Assembly (NCBI GenBank): GCA_035298985.1
Contig: DATGXM010000358.1
Location: 1-56,231, forward strand
DNA from: Azonexus sp.
Lineage (GTDB): Bacteria > Pseudomonadota > Gammaproteobacteria > Burkholderiales > Rhodocyclaceae
DNA length: 56,231 bases
Reading direction: 5' to 3'
Within the stretch, counting starts at the first letter, position 1; each line of letters opens with the position of its first letter. Below the pieces are notes generated by a model. That model was not told where the DNA came from, made no database searches, and saw nothing but the letters and a program-made list of their open reading frames with translations. Positions 10,284 through 21,065 of this stretch are shown piece by piece. The position numbers and the translations under genes are program-made.

Positions 10284-11519
10284 TTAGACGCGCTTGAAAA
10301 CCAGCGAGCCGTTGGTGCCGCCAAAGCCGAAGTTGTTCTTCAGCGCCACATCGATCTTCATCGGCCGTGCCTTGTTGGCACAGTAGTCCAGATCGCACTC
10401 CGGATCCTGATTGAAGATATTGATGGTCGGCGGCGATATCTGGTGATGGATAGCCAGCACCGTGAACAACGACTCGACGCCGCCGGCACCGCCCAGCAAG
10501 TGGCCGGTCATCGACTTGGTCGAATTGACGACGATCTTGTAGGCGGCATCGCCAAAGGCAGCCTTGATGGCATCCGATTCGTTCTTGTCGCCGAGCGGCG
10601 TCGAGGTGCCGTGGGCATTGACGTACTGCACGTCGGACGGCGAAACGCCGGCATTCCTCAGCGCATTGACCATCGAACGACGCGGGCCGTCCATGTTCGG
10701 CGCGGTGATGTGATAGGCATCAGCACTCATGCCATAACCGGAGACTTCGGCGTAGATCTTGGCACCACGCGCCTTGGCGTGCTCGTATTCCTCGAGAACC
10801 AGGACGCCAGCCCCCTCGCCCAGCACGAAACCGTCGCGATCCTTGTCCCACGGACGGCTGGCCGTTGCCGGGTCGTCGTTGCGGGTCGACAAAGCGCGAG
10901 CAGCACAGAAGCCGCCCATGCCCAGCGGGGACACGGTGGATTCGGCACCGCCGGCGACCATCACGTCGGCATCGCCGTACTCGATGATGCGGGAAGCTTC
11001 GCCAATCGAGTGGGTGCCGGTCGTGCAAGCCGTGACGATGGACAGGTTCGGGCCCTTGAAGCCGAACTCGATCGACAGGTTGCCGGAAATCATGTTGATG
11101 ATCGACCCCGGAACGAAGAACGGCGACACCTTGCGTACGCCGGCCGCGTTGTATTCGTCCTTGGTTTCCTCGATCAGCGGCAGACCACCAATGCCGGAAC
11201 CGATGGCGACACCGACGCGCTCGGGATCGGCAGCACCTTCCTTGTCCAGACCGGCATCGCGCACGGCCTGAATGCCGGCTGCCAGGCCGTAATGGATGAA
11301 TTTATCCATGCGGCGGGCATCCTTGGCCGAAATGTACTGAGTGATATCGAAATTCTTCACCTCGCCGGCAAACTGCACCGGGAAGGTGGAGGTGTCGAAA
11401 CGGGTAACGGGAGCGATGCCAGAAACGCCGGCAATGATGTTCTGCCAGCCTTCTTCAACGCTGTTGCCGACCGGGGAAATCAACCCCAGGCCAGTAATGA
11501 CGACTCTGCGACGTGCCAA
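10284..11519 (-). CDS. fabF: 3-oxoacyl-ACP synthase II
   Basis: [39 protein letters not shown]; TTG start at 11519 after GGAG. Confidence 0.97.
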   Translation of the reverse strand: MARRRVVITGLGLISPVGNSVEEGWQNIIAGVSGIAPVTRFDTSTFPVQFAGEVKNFDITQYISAKDARRMDKFIHYGLAAGIQAVRDAGLDKEGAADPERVGVAIGSGIGGLPLIEETKDEYNAAGVRKVSPFFVPGSIINMISGNLSIEFGFKGPNLSIVTACTTGTHSIGEASRIIEYGDADVMVAGGAESTVSPLGMGGFCAARALSTRNDDPATASRPWDKDRDGFVLGEGAGVLVLEEYEHAKARGAKIYAEVSGYGMSADAYHITAPNMDGPRRSMVNALRNAGVSPSDVQYVNAHGTSTPLGDKNESDAIKAAFGDAAYKIVVNSTKSMTGHLLGGAGGVESLFTVLAIHHQISPPTINIFNQDPECDLDYCANKARPMKIDVALKNNFGFGGTNGSLVFKRV

Positions 11520-11542
11520 GATGCACTCCGAAAGCAAATGTA

Positions 11543-11571
11543 GCAAGGCCGGCCTTGGGGGCCGGCCTTGC
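11543..11571. terminator. GC-rich stem-loop between acpP and fabF (terminator or mRNA-stabilising hairpin)
   Basis: Perfect 12-bp inverted repeat GCAAGGCCGGCC-TTGGG-GGCCGGCCTTGC; weak U tract. Confidence 0.55.
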
Positions 11572-11592
11572 CTGGTTCAAACCGGAATTGGT

Positions 11593-11847
<255 letters not shown>

Positions 11848-11902
11848 TCAGGGGTACGAAAAAAAACAATGAGATTTTACCAAAAGCCGAAGCTTCGGGA
11901 AA

Positions 11903-12643
11903 TCAATCCATAAACATACCGCCATTCACATGCACGGTGGTACCCGTGACATACGAGGCGGCGGGAGAAACCAAGAAACCGACGGCGCCGGCGACATCTT
12001 CTGGCGTTCCGGCGCGAGCCAGCGGAATGGACGCCAGCATGGCGGCCTTCTGCTCTTCGGTCAAGGCATGCGTCATGTCGGTAGCGATATAGCCCGGCGC
12101 GACACAGTTGACGGTGATGTTGCGGCTACCGAGTTCGCGGGCCAGCGAGCGGCTGAGACCAGCGACGCCGGCTTTCGCCGCACAATAGTTGGCTTGGCCG
12201 GCATTGCCGGAATAGCCGACCACCGACGAAATATTGACGATGCGCCCGAAACGGGCTTTCATCATGCCGCGCATGACGCCGCGCGACAGGCGGAAAACTG
12301 CCTTCAGGTTGGTATCGATAACGGCATCCCAGTCGTCGTCGCCCATGCGCATCGTCAGGTTGTCGCGGGTAATCCCGGCATTGTTGACGAGAATGGTGAT
12401 GGCGCCGTATTCCTTAGCCAGTTCAGTCAGCACAGTATCGGTCTGGGCAGCATCGGTCACATTCAGAACGATGCCTTTGCCCTTGATGCCCGCTTCGGAC
12501 AGGTAAGCAGAAATCTTTCCCGCCCCGTCCTCGCTGGTGGCCGTACCGATGACGGTGGCGCCTTGCCTGCCGAGTTCCAGCGCGATGGCACGACCGATGC
12601 CACGGGTGGCGCCGGTCACCAGCGCAATCTTGTCTGTCAGCAT
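11903..12643 (-). CDS. fabG: 3-oxoacyl-ACP reductase
   Basis: TGATRGIG, NNAGITRD, YCAAK. Confidence 0.98.
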   Translation of the reverse strand: MLTDKIALVTGATRGIGRAIALELGRQGATVIGTATSEDGAGKISAYLSEAGIKGKGIVLNVTDAAQTDTVLTELAKEYGAITILVNNAGITRDNLTMRMGDDDWDAVIDTNLKAVFRLSRGVMRGMMKARFGRIVNISSVVGYSGNAGQANYCAAKAGVAGLSRSLARELGSRNITVNCVAPGYIATDMTHALTEEQKAAMLASIPLARAGTPEDVAGAVGFLVSPAASYVTGTTVHVNGGMFMD

Positions 12644-12646
12644 CTT

Positions 12647-13573
12647 TTACTCCAGACCGAGATTGGCTTCAATGGCAGCCGCATCCGCCAGCGCAACGCC
12701 GGAAATACCATCGGCGCAACGCTTGGTCAGGCCGGCTAGTACCTTGCCCGGGCCGCACTCGGCAACCGTGGTGACCCCCAGGCTGGCCATGAACTGAACG
12801 GTCTCCACCCAGCGCACCGGGTTGTAGGCCTGGCGAACCAGGGCATCCTTGATGCGCGCCGGCTCGTTCTCGATCGCCACATCGACGTTGTTGATGACCG
12901 GGATAGCCGGTACTTTCAGGGTCAATTCAGCCAGACGGGCTGCCAGCTTGTCAGCGGCCGGACGGATCAGGGACGAGTGGAACGGCGCCGACACCGGCAG
13001 CGCCTTGGCCATCTTAGCGCCACGCGCCTTGCAGGCCTCCATGGCGCGCTCGACGGCACCCTTGTGGCCAGCGATCACGGTTTGCCCATTGGCATTGAAA
13101 TTGACCGGTTCGACGATCTCGCCCTTGGCAGCTTCGGCACAGGCAGCCGCGATACCGGCATTGTCCAGGCCGAGCACGGCAGCCATGGCACCGGTGCCGA
13201 GCGGCACGGCTTCCTGCATTGCAGCGGCACGCAGACGAACCAGCGGCACCGCATCCTTGAATTCGATGACGCCGGCGGCAACCAGCGCCGAATACTCGCC
13301 CAGGCTGTGCCCGGCGACCATGGCTGGCGTCCGGCCACCCTTCTCCTGCCACAGGCGCCAAGCGGCGATACCTGCGGTCAGCATGACCGGCTGGGTATTG
13401 ACGGTCTGCGTCAGCGCTTCGGCCGGACCTTCGGCAACCATCTGCCACAGATCGTCGCCCAACGCGGTGGATGCTTCATCAAAGGTGGCGCGAACCACCG
13501 CGGCATCGCCGTAGGCGGCCATCATGCCAACGCTCTGCGAGCCCTGGCCGGGAAATACGAAAGCAAAAGACAT
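12647..13573 (-). CDS. fabD: Malonyl-CoA:ACP transacylase
   Basis: FPGQGSQ, GHSLGEY, SAPFHS. Confidence 0.98.
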   Translation of the reverse strand: MSFAFVFPGQGSQSVGMMAAYGDAAVVRATFDEASTALGDDLWQMVAEGPAEALTQTVNTQPVMLTAGIAAWRLWQEKGGRTPAMVAGHSLGEYSALVAAGVIEFKDAVPLVRLRAAAMQEAVPLGTGAMAAVLGLDNAGIAAACAEAAKGEIVEPVNFNANGQTVIAGHKGAVERAMEACKARGAKMAKALPVSAPFHSSLIRPAADKLAARLAELTLKVPAIPVINNVDVAIENEPARIKDALVRQAYNPVRWVETVQFMASLGVTTVAECGPGKVLAGLTKRCADGISGVALADAAAIEANLGLE

Positions 13574-13590
13574 CGTTCAGTCTCCTGATA

Positions 13591-14550
13591 TCAGAATTCG
13601 AGCAGGGCTGCGCCCCACGTAAAGCCACCGCCAACGCCCTCGACCAGAACCTTCTGGCCACGCTGGATGCGCCCGTCGCGCACTGCCTCGTCTAAGGCCA
13701 GCGGCACCGAGGCGGCAGAGGTGTTGCCATGGCGATCGACGGTGACGATGACCTTCTCACGATCAACGCCGAGCTTCTTGCCGGTCGCTTCGATGATGCG
13801 GATATTGGCCTGGTGCGGAATCAGCCAATCGACATCGGTGGTTTGAATGCCGGCGTCAGCACAGACTTCACCGGCGATCTCGGCCAGCACGCGAACGGCG
13901 AATTTGAAAACGGCCTGACCATCCATGCGCAGGAAAGGATCCCCCGTCACCTGGCCGCCGCACACCTGCCCCGGCACGTTGAGGATACCGAACTGGCTGC
14001 CATCGGCGTGCATGGCGGTCGACAGGATGCCCGGCTTGTCGGAAGCCTCCAGTACCACGGCGCCGGCACCATCGCCGAACAGCACGCAGGTACCGCGGTC
14101 GTTCCAGTCGAGAATGCGGGAAAAGACCTCGGCCCCAATGACCAGCGCCTTCTTGTGGCTGCCGGAACCGATGAATTTCTCGGCGATACCCAGGGCGTAG
14201 GTGAAACCGCTACATACGGCCTGCACGTCGAAGGCCGCTGCCCCCTTGTTGCCCAGCTTGCCTTGGATAATGCAGGCCGTACTCGGGAAAATGAAATCCG
14301 GCGTCGAGGTTGCGACGATGATCAGATCAATCTCGGCAGCGGCGACCCCGGCCATTTCCAGCGCGCGCTGCGCGGCGATCAGACCCAGCTGGCTCGACGT
14401 CGTGCCTGGCTCGGCGAGATAACGACTGCGAATCCCGGTGCGGCTAACGATCCACTCATCGTTGGTATCGATACCGCGAGCCGCCAAATCGTCGTTGCTG
14501 ACGGGATTGCCCGGGAGATAACTGCCGGTACCAATCAGGCGTGCATACAT
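13591..14550 (-). CDS. fabH: 3-oxoacyl-ACP synthase III
   Basis: AVCSGF, PHQAN, GNTSAAS, GGGFTWG. Confidence 0.98.
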   Translation of the reverse strand: MYARLIGTGSYLPGNPVSNDDLAARGIDTNDEWIVSRTGIRSRYLAEPGTTSSQLGLIAAQRALEMAGVAAAEIDLIIVATSTPDFIFPSTACIIQGKLGNKGAAAFDVQAVCSGFTYALGIAEKFIGSGSHKKALVIGAEVFSRILDWNDRGTCVLFGDGAGAVVLEASDKPGILSTAMHADGSQFGILNVPGQVCGGQVTGDPFLRMDGQAVFKFAVRVLAEIAGEVCADAGIQTTDVDWLIPHQANIRIIEATGKKLGVDREKVIVTVDRHGNTSAASVPLALDEAVRDGRIQRGQKVLVEGVGGGFTWGAALLEF

Positions 14551-14551
14551 T

Positions 14552-15574
14552 TCAGACGTTCTCCACTGCTGCGGCCGGCATCATTTCGGCGATCCGGCTG
14601 GAAATGCGCTCAAGGACGCGGTTTTCGGCCGCATCGTAGGCGCGGGATATGGCATTGCCGAAGGCCAGCACGTCGGCCGAACCGTGGCTCTTGACCGAGA
14701 TACCCTTCAGGCCGAGCAGGATCGCCCCGTTGTAGCGGCGGTGATCGAAGCGGCGCTTGAAGTTGTTGAGCACGGAAATGGCGATTAGCGCGGCCAGCTT
14801 GGTCAGCCAGTTGCGCTTGAATTCCTCGCGCAGCGACGAAGCCAACATCTGGGCCAGCCCCTCGGAAGTCTTCAGTGCCACATTGCCGACAAAACCGTCG
14901 CAGACGATCACATCGGCGTCACCCTTGTAGATGCCGTCGCCTTCGACGTTGCCGACGAAGTTGAGGCCGGATGCCCGCAGCAATTCAGCAGCCGCCTTGA
15001 CCACTTCGTTGCCCTTGATCTCTTCCTCGCCGATATTCAGGATGCCGACGGTCGGCTGCTCCTTGTGCTCCATCGCAGCGACCAGCATGGCCCCCATGAT
15101 GCCGAACTGCAGCAGGTGCTCCGGGCCGCAATCGACGTTGGCCCCAAGATCCAGCATGTGGGTGTGACCATTGACGGTCGGCAGGGGGGCACAGATCGCC
15201 GGCCGGTCGATGCCGGGCAGCATTTTCAGCACGAAGCGGGAGATGGCCATCAGGGCGCCGGTGTTGCCAGCCGACACGCAGGCATCGGCCTCGCCAGCCT
15301 TCACCTGATTGATGGCGACCCGCATCGAGGAATCCTTCTTGTTGCGCAGCGCGAGGGCCGGCGACTCGTCCATGCCGACCACTTCGGAGGCATGAACAAT
15401 ACGGAGGCGGGAATCAGAGGCATGAGTACCGAGCAACGGACGCAAAATCTCCTCCTGACCGACCAGGACGAGATTGGCAGACGTATGCTCCGCAAGAAAT
15501 TGAATGGCCGCCGGCACCGTCACTGACGGACCGTGGTCACCCCCCATGCAATCGATGGCAATGCGGGTTGTCAT
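14552..15574 (-). CDS. plsX: Phosphate acyltransferase PlsX
   Basis: [33 protein letters not shown]. Confidence 0.98.
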   Translation of the reverse strand: MTTRIAIDCMGGDHGPSVTVPAAIQFLAEHTSANLVLVGQEEILRPLLGTHASDSRLRIVHASEVVGMDESPALALRNKKDSSMRVAINQVKAGEADACVSAGNTGALMAISRFVLKMLPGIDRPAICAPLPTVNGHTHMLDLGANVDCGPEHLLQFGIMGAMLVAAMEHKEQPTVGILNIGEEEIKGNEVVKAAAELLRASGLNFVGNVEGDGIYKGDADVIVCDGFVGNVALKTSEGLAQMLASSLREEFKRNWLTKLAALIAISVLNNFKRRFDHRRYNGAILLGLKGISVKSHGSADVLAFGNAISRAYDAAENRVLERISSRIAEMMPAAAVENV

Positions 15575-15580
15575 ATAGGC

Positions 15581-15621
15581 AAAAGAAAAGGCAGGCGGCT
15601 CTTCAAGAACCGCCTGCCTTT
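15581..15621 (-). terminator. Intrinsic terminator after rpmF
   Basis: Minus strand AAAGGCAGGCGG-N11-CCGCCTGCCTTT followed by TCTTTT. Confidence 0.75.
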
Positions 15622-15631
15622 CATGGAACGA

Positions 15632-15811
15632 TTACTCGCCCTTGGCCTTCAGGACTTTCTTGCCGCGGTAGAAACCGGTCGGAGAGATGTGATGACGCAG
15701 ATGAACCTCGCCCGTGGTCGATTCGACGGCCAGCGGCGGGTTGGTCAGGAAATCGTGAGCGCGATGCATGCCACGCTTGGACGGGGACTTTTTGTTCTGT
15801 TGAACGGCCAT
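15632..15811 (-). CDS. rpmF: 50S ribosomal protein L32 (not in the ORF track)
   Basis: Manual translation [59 protein letters not shown]; GGAG RBS. Confidence 0.97.
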   Translation of the reverse strand: MAVQQNKKSPSKRGMHRAHDFLTNPPLAVESTTGEVHLRHHISPTGFYRGKKVLKAKGE

Positions 15812-15829
15812 GTTGTTACTCCAAAAAAA

Positions 15830-16318
15830 TCAGTTCGGCTTGCTTTTAAGCCCGGACAACGCTGCAAACGGATTGATCCGCTCGCCCGCATCGGCCGCAC
15901 CAGGCAAACCACATTTTTCGTGCCGCGGCGCCACCGGGAGGGCCAGGAGGATTTCATCCTCCACAAATTCGGCCACATCCAGTTCCTTCGCCACCGGCAG
16001 GAAATCCCGGGTGTCGTCTTCCAACTCATCTTGCGATAGCTCGGCACCTTCAGGAACAAGTTCCAGCAAGTTGTCGACATCGAGATCGTAAGGCACGGCC
16101 TTCAGGCAACGCTGGCAAGCCAAGGGCAGCTCCCCTGTCACCACCAGTTGCAGCAGGCACTCCCCTCGCCCACCCACGAAACCTTCGATGCGAAAGGAAA
16201 TCTCACCTTCCACAACGGCCAGCAGATCATGCAGGCGTTCAAGGGCCGAAACAGGCAGCGTTCCTTCGAGAACACGCCCATCTTTGGCAAACCGGAATGC
16301 GTCCGTAATTCTTTTCAA
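15830..16318 (-). CDS. yceD: YceD/DUF177 23S rRNA accumulation protein; start uncertain (TTG at 16318 chosen)
   Basis: CQRCL, EDEILLALPVAPRH, NPFAAL motifs; upstream of rpmF; the promoter at 16347-16375 argues against the ORF-track start at 16393. Confidence 0.9.
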   Translation of the reverse strand: MKRITDAFRFAKDGRVLEGTLPVSALERLHDLLAVVEGEISFRIEGFVGGRGECLLQLVVTGELPLACQRCLKAVPYDLDVDNLLELVPEGAELSQDELEDDTRDFLPVAKELDVAEFVEDEILLALPVAPRHEKCGLPGAADAGERINPFAALSGLKSKPN

Positions 16319-16346
16319 TCTTGAGCTGTTGCGACTTAAACATTGG

Positions 16347-16375
16347 ATGATATTATTTTTGGCTTTCCAAGTCAA
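16347..16375 (-). promoter_or_regulatory. Sigma-70 promoter of the yceD-rpmF-plsX-fab operon
   Basis: Minus strand TTGACT-N17-TATCAT. Confidence 0.7.
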
Positions 16376-16429
16376 AACAAAGTGTCGCTTCAAGAGTTCG
16401 ATGCAAGACTTTGTTGTATTGAGCCTTTC

Positions 16430-17011
16430 ATGTCACAAAAACTGATTCTGGCCTCGACGTCGCCCTACCGTCGCGAATTACTGAACCGCCTCGGGCTGTC
16501 CTTCGAGGTCGCCAATCCGCAAACGGACGAGACCCCCCTCCCTGGCGAATCTCCGGAAGCCCTCTCGCTTCGCCTGTCCGAAGCCAAGGCCCGCGCTGTC
16601 GCCGACACTCACCCCGATGCACTGATCATCGGCAGCGACCAGGTCGCCACGGTCGATGGAAAAATTTACAGCAAACCTGGCAATCACGAGCGTGCCGTTG
16701 AGCAGTTGCATCAACTATCCGGCAAGACCGTCAATTTCTTTACCGGGCTCTGCCTGTTCAACGCCCGAACCGGATATGCGGACGTACGCGGCATTCCGAC
16801 GCTGGTGACCTTTCGCCAACTGAGCAGCAGCGAAATCGAAAACTACCTGCGCCGCGAACCCGCCTACAACTGCGCCGGCTCGGCTAAATCGGAAGGACTG
16901 GGCATTGCATTGCTCAGCAGCATGCGCGGTGACGACCCGAACGCCCTCGTCGGCCTGCCACTGATCGCCCTCTGCGACATGCTTCGCCAGCAAGGCGTAG
17001 CCGTACTCTGA
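16430..17011 (+). CDS. maf: Maf-family nucleotide pyrophosphatase (YceF-like)
   Basis: [30 protein letters not shown]; divergent from yceD; ATG at 16430. Confidence 0.93.
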   Translation: MSQKLILASTSPYRRELLNRLGLSFEVANPQTDETPLPGESPEALSLRLSEAKARAVADTHPDALIIGSDQVATVDGKIYSKPGNHERAVEQLHQLSGKTVNFFTGLCLFNARTGYADVRGIPTLVTFRQLSSSEIENYLRREPAYNCAGSAKSEGLGIALLSSMRGDDPNALVGLPLIALCDMLRQQGVAVL

Positions 17012-17718
17012 TGACCGGAACCCTCTACCTCATCCCGGTCCCCCTTGGCCCCACACCGCCACAGAATTCGCTGCCCCCCGCCGTATTGACAACGATACGC
17101 CCGCTGAGCCATTTCATCGTCGAGCAGGCCAAGACCGCCCGCGCCTTCCTAAAGGCTGCTGGCACCGACAAACCGCTGCAAGAACTGCAACTCTCCGAGC
17201 TGAACGAGCACACCAAGGCCGACGCACTCAGCGAACTGCTTGCCCCGCTGCTTGCCGGCAACGATGTCGGCCTGCTTTCGGAGGCCGGCTGCCCCGCGGT
17301 TGCCGACCCGGGAGCCAATCTGGTGGCCCTGGCTCAACGGGAAAATATTCGCGTCGTACCGCTGATCGGGCCGTCGTCGCTACTGCTTGCACTGATGGCA
17401 TCCGGCCTCAACGGGCAGCGTTTTGCGTTTCAGGGCTACCTGCCAGCCAAGGAGGGCGAGCGAGCCAAAACCCTGCGCGACCTCGAGAGTGAATCCCGCA
17501 AACGCCGCCAGACGCAGCTTTTCATTGAAACCCCCTACCGCAACCGGGCGATGTTCGATGCCATTCTCGGCAACTGCCAACCTGGAACGCGGCTGACGGT
17601 CGCTACCGACCTGACCTTGCCGGGCGAAATGGTACGCACTTTAAGCATACAACAATGGAAAAAACAAACGCCGCCCGATATCGAGCGGCGTCCGACGGTT
17701 TTTTTGCTGCTGGCCTGA
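17011..17718 (+). CDS. Tetrapyrrole-methylase-family SAM methyltransferase (RsmI-like)
   Basis: GTLYLIPVPLG, SEAGCPAVADPG, GPSSLLLALMASG, FIETPYRN. Confidence 0.88.
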   Translation: MTGTLYLIPVPLGPTPPQNSLPPAVLTTIRPLSHFIVEQAKTARAFLKAAGTDKPLQELQLSELNEHTKADALSELLAPLLAGNDVGLLSEAGCPAVADPGANLVALAQRENIRVVPLIGPSSLLLALMASGLNGQRFAFQGYLPAKEGERAKTLRDLESESRKRRQTQLFIETPYRNRAMFDAILGNCQPGTRLTVATDLTLPGEMVRTLSIQQWKKQTPPDIERRPTVFLLLA

Positions 17719-17719
17719 A

Positions 17720-18682
17720 TCAGAATAGGCGCACGCCTTGTGCGCTTTCCGACACGCCCCGCCAGAAAGTCGCCGCCGTTCCGGCCCCCAGGCGCTTGGC
17801 GAAGCGTTCAGCAATATTGTCCTTAACCGAGTAGTCGAAGACCTTTTCCGCCTTGAAGATGTCCCGGGCAACCGAATCGACACTGCCGTAACCATCGGCC
17901 AGGCCCAGCTGAATGCTCTGGGCGCCAGTCCACATCAGGCCAGAGAACATTTCCGGCGTTTCCTTCAGGCGCTTGCCGCGCCCCGTTTTGACGACATCGA
18001 TGAATTGCTTGTGAATATCGTCGAGCAGCGACATGGCGTGCGCCTTGTGTTGCGGCGCCTGTGGCGAAAACGGATCGAGAAAGCCCTTGTTTTCGCCGGC
18101 AGTCAGCAGGCGGCGCTCGACGCCTAACTTGTCCATCGTCCCGGTAAACCCGAAACCGTCCATCAGCACACCGATCGACCCGACGATGCTGGCCTTGTTC
18201 ACATAAATGTTGTCGGCCGCGGCAGCAACGTAGTAACCACCTGAGGCGCACATATCCTCAACTACCGCATAAAGCGGCTTATCCGGAAACTTCGCGCGCA
18301 GGCGACGGATTTCGTCATTGACGATCCCCGCCTGAACCGGGCTGCCACCCGGGCTGTTGATGCGCAGGATGACGCCGACGGCGTTTTTTTCCTCGAAAGC
18401 GCTGTTGAGCGCGGCCACCAGATTTTCCGCGCTGGCATCACCCTTGGCTTCGATCGTGCCAATCAAATTGACCATCGCCGTGTGCCGCTCCTGGTGCTCG
18501 GCTCCGGCCCCCCAGTCAACAACCGCAATCAACACCGCCAGCAAATAGGCAAAACCTATGATCTTGAAGGCAATCCCCCAGCGCCGCTTGGCCCGCTGTT
18601 CATCAAGAGCGGCAAAAACCAGCCTCTCCAGGGTTTTTCGCTCCCAGCTGGAATCGTTGTTAGGGGGTTGGGGGGTATCCAT
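17720..18682 (-). CDS. sppA: S49 family signal peptide peptidase
   Basis: INSPGGSPVQ, CASGGYYVA, VGSIGV; N-terminal TM helix. Confidence 0.92.
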   Translation of the reverse strand: MDTPQPPNNDSSWERKTLERLVFAALDEQRAKRRWGIAFKIIGFAYLLAVLIAVVDWGAGAEHQERHTAMVNLIGTIEAKGDASAENLVAALNSAFEEKNAVGVILRINSPGGSPVQAGIVNDEIRRLRAKFPDKPLYAVVEDMCASGGYYVAAAADNIYVNKASIVGSIGVLMDGFGFTGTMDKLGVERRLLTAGENKGFLDPFSPQAPQHKAHAMSLLDDIHKQFIDVVKTGRGKRLKETPEMFSGLMWTGAQSIQLGLADGYGSVDSVARDIFKAEKVFDYSVKDNIAERFAKRLGAGTAATFWRGVSESAQGVRLF

Positions 18683-18684
18683 GT

Positions 18685-19035
18685 TTATCTTTCTTGCTCC
18701 AGCAAAATCTTTCCCTCGATCTCCCGGACATTCAGCGGCTTCAGGCCCTTACCTTGGCAACGCCCACCGAGACACCGGCCCGAATCCGGAGCATAAAGTG
18801 CGCCATGGATCGAGCAGATCAAGTATAGCTTGGAATCGTCGAAGAATTCGCCTGGCATCCAGTCCAATTCGGCCGGAACATGACCACATTCGTTGAAATA
18901 GCCATAAACCACCCCGCGAAAGCGGATGACGAATGCCGGAACCTCACGCCCATAGCGCTCCACCGTAAAGCGAAAGCCTTTGCCGGCCTCGACAACTTCA
19001 CCACTGGTGCAGATCAGGCGAAAGTCTTCAGCCAT
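18685..19035 (-). CDS. Rieske 2Fe-2S protein
   Basis: CGH and CSIHGA Rieske ligands. Confidence 0.9.
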   Translation of the reverse strand: MAEDFRLICTSGEVVEAGKGFRFTVERYGREVPAFVIRFRGVVYGYFNECGHVPAELDWMPGEFFDDSKLYLICSIHGALYAPDSGRCLGGRCQGKGLKPLNVREIEGKILLEQER

Positions 19036-19664
19036 CGATCCAACTCACCAACGTTATGCAGACAGGCCACGGGATTGTGTTCCAGCAGATGGTCGTGCGG
19101 ATGGGCGCCATAGGTGACCGCCAGGCTGTCGACGCCGGCGTTGCTGGCCATCAGCAAATCATGGGACGTATCACCAATCATGACCGTCGTCGCCTGCGTT
19201 ACGCCAAATTCCGCCATCAGCTCCTCCAGCATCTGGGGATGCGGCTTTGAATGGCACTCATCGGCACAACGCGAGGCCAGAAACATCGGGCGCAGCCCCG
19301 AATGATCGAGGGCTCGCTCAAGCCCTGCCCGGCTCTTGCCGGTGGCGACGGCCAGGATATGGCCATCACGCTTGAGGCGCTCCAGCATTTCCGGCACACC
19401 ATCGAACAGGGTCAGCTGATGATCGCCGGACAGGTAGTGGAAGCGGTAGCGCTCGACCATGGCCTGGTAGCGATCGACCGGCAAATCCGGAACGGCATGG
19501 CGCATCGCATCGACCAAGCCAAGGCCGATGACATGTCGGGCGCGACTATCCTCCGGAACCGGCAAGCCGAGGTCCTGGCAGGAAGCCTGAATGGCGCTAA
19601 CGATGGCTCCGGCGGAATCCAGCAGCGTGCCATCCCAGTCGAAGACAACGAGTTCGTATTTCAT
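19014..19664 (-). CDS. HAD-family hydrolase (phosphoglycolate phosphatase-like)
   Basis: FDWDGTLLDS, SKPHP, MIGDT; ATG at 19664 overlapping the rluC stop. Confidence 0.92.
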   Translation of the reverse strand: MKYELVVFDWDGTLLDSAGAIVSAIQASCQDLGLPVPEDSRARHVIGLGLVDAMRHAVPDLPVDRYQAMVERYRFHYLSGDHQLTLFDGVPEMLERLKRDGHILAVATGKSRAGLERALDHSGLRPMFLASRCADECHSKPHPQMLEELMAEFGVTQATTVMIGDTSHDLLMASNAGVDSLAVTYGAHPHDHLLEHNPVACLHNVGELDRWLKTFA

Positions 19665-20665
19665 GGTGCGGTCAATATCTGTTCGTAGTTTTCGGCGGTG
19701 AATTCGCGATTTTGCTTGGCGTCGACCGTAGCAATATAGCCTCCTATCCCCTTCGGCAATGGCGCCACACACTCGAGTGGCGATGCGGTGAGCGGGTGAC
19801 GGAAAGCCATCCGCCAGGCGTGCAATGCCATGCGTTTCAAACCTTCACGCTTCAATTCCTTATTCAAGGCGAAATCGCCATATTTCTCGTCGCCAAGGAT
19901 CGGGAAGCCCAGGTGGGCCAGATGAACACGAATCTGGTGGGTACGGCCGGTTTTCAGTTGCGCCTCGAGCAGGCTGACTTCCGACCAGCGCGCCAGTAGA
20001 CGAAAGACTGTATGCGACGCCTTGCCTTGCGGATCGACCGAGACGCGACGCTCGCCACCCTCCGTCAGATATTTGTGCAGCGGCAGCTTGACGTGCTGGG
20101 TATTGTTCATCCAGCGCCCCTTGACCAGGACCAGGTAGCGCTTGTCCGCTCCGGCGCCATGCTCACGGAACATGTCATGCAGGGCAGTTAACGCCAGGCG
20201 CTTCTTGCCCACCAGCAACACACCCGATGTCTCGCGATCAAGCCGGTGCGCCAGCTCTAGGAATTTGGCCTGTGGCCGCTGGCGGCGCAGCGCTTCAATG
20301 ACCCCGAAGCTGACTCCGCTACCACCATGCACCGCCACCCCTTCCGGCTTGTCGATGACCAGCATGGCCTCGTCTTCGAAAATAACGGGCAAATCAACGC
20401 GCTGCTTCGCCGCCTCATTGACCTCGTTCTGCGGTCTTTCCGCGATACGGATCGGCGGGATGCGCAAATTGTCGCCGGCGCGCAAACGATAGGTGGCATC
20501 GACCCGTTTGCTGTTCACCCGCACCTCGCCACTACGCAAAATCCGGTAGATGTGGCTTTTCGGAACACCCTTGCAGCAGCGGATCAGAAAGTTGTCGAGA
20601 CGCTGGCCTTGCTCTTCGTCGCCGATCACGACATATACGACTGAATTGTTACCTACGCCATTCAT
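19661..20665 (-). CDS. rluC: 23S rRNA pseudouridine synthase C
   Basis: S4 domain GQRLDNFL, HRLDRETSG, TGRTHQIRVH; divergent from rne. Confidence 0.96.
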   Translation of the reverse strand: MNGVGNNSVVYVVIGDEEQGQRLDNFLIRCCKGVPKSHIYRILRSGEVRVNSKRVDATYRLRAGDNLRIPPIRIAERPQNEVNEAAKQRVDLPVIFEDEAMLVIDKPEGVAVHGGSGVSFGVIEALRRQRPQAKFLELAHRLDRETSGVLLVGKKRLALTALHDMFREHGAGADKRYLVLVKGRWMNNTQHVKLPLHKYLTEGGERRVSVDPQGKASHTVFRLLARWSEVSLLEAQLKTGRTHQIRVHLAHLGFPILGDEKYGDFALNKELKREGLKRMALHAWRMAFRHPLTASPLECVAPLPKGIGGYIATVDAKQNREFTAENYEQILTAP

Positions 20666-21065
20666 TTTTCTAATATACTGCCCACGTTTTACGCCTCGGT
20701 TTGCAAGAGATGCCGAACCGTCAGACCGTTCGCCCTCGCGCCACTAGCGCGACCGCCAAGCGGCAGGCTTCGAAGTCTCACCTGCGCCAATTGCTCAGGC
20801 CAGACCAGCGTAAAACGACTGGTTAAGTTCACTCACCAAAAGTAGTGATGTTAATGGATAAGCCCACGGTAAGCACGCACGATTGCCTGTGGCAGGAATT
20901 TTCAGGTCGCGCATTTCAATAAAAAACACGCGGCCGTTTGTTGATCAGCACCTTCAAATCGCCTTTGCCCTCATCACCAACATGAACGCAACCCGATAAA
21001 GAAAAGTCGCTGCCTGCCAAGGCGTTTCGTTGCAGCGTGCCACTGTGCGCTGGAGCCCGAAAATA

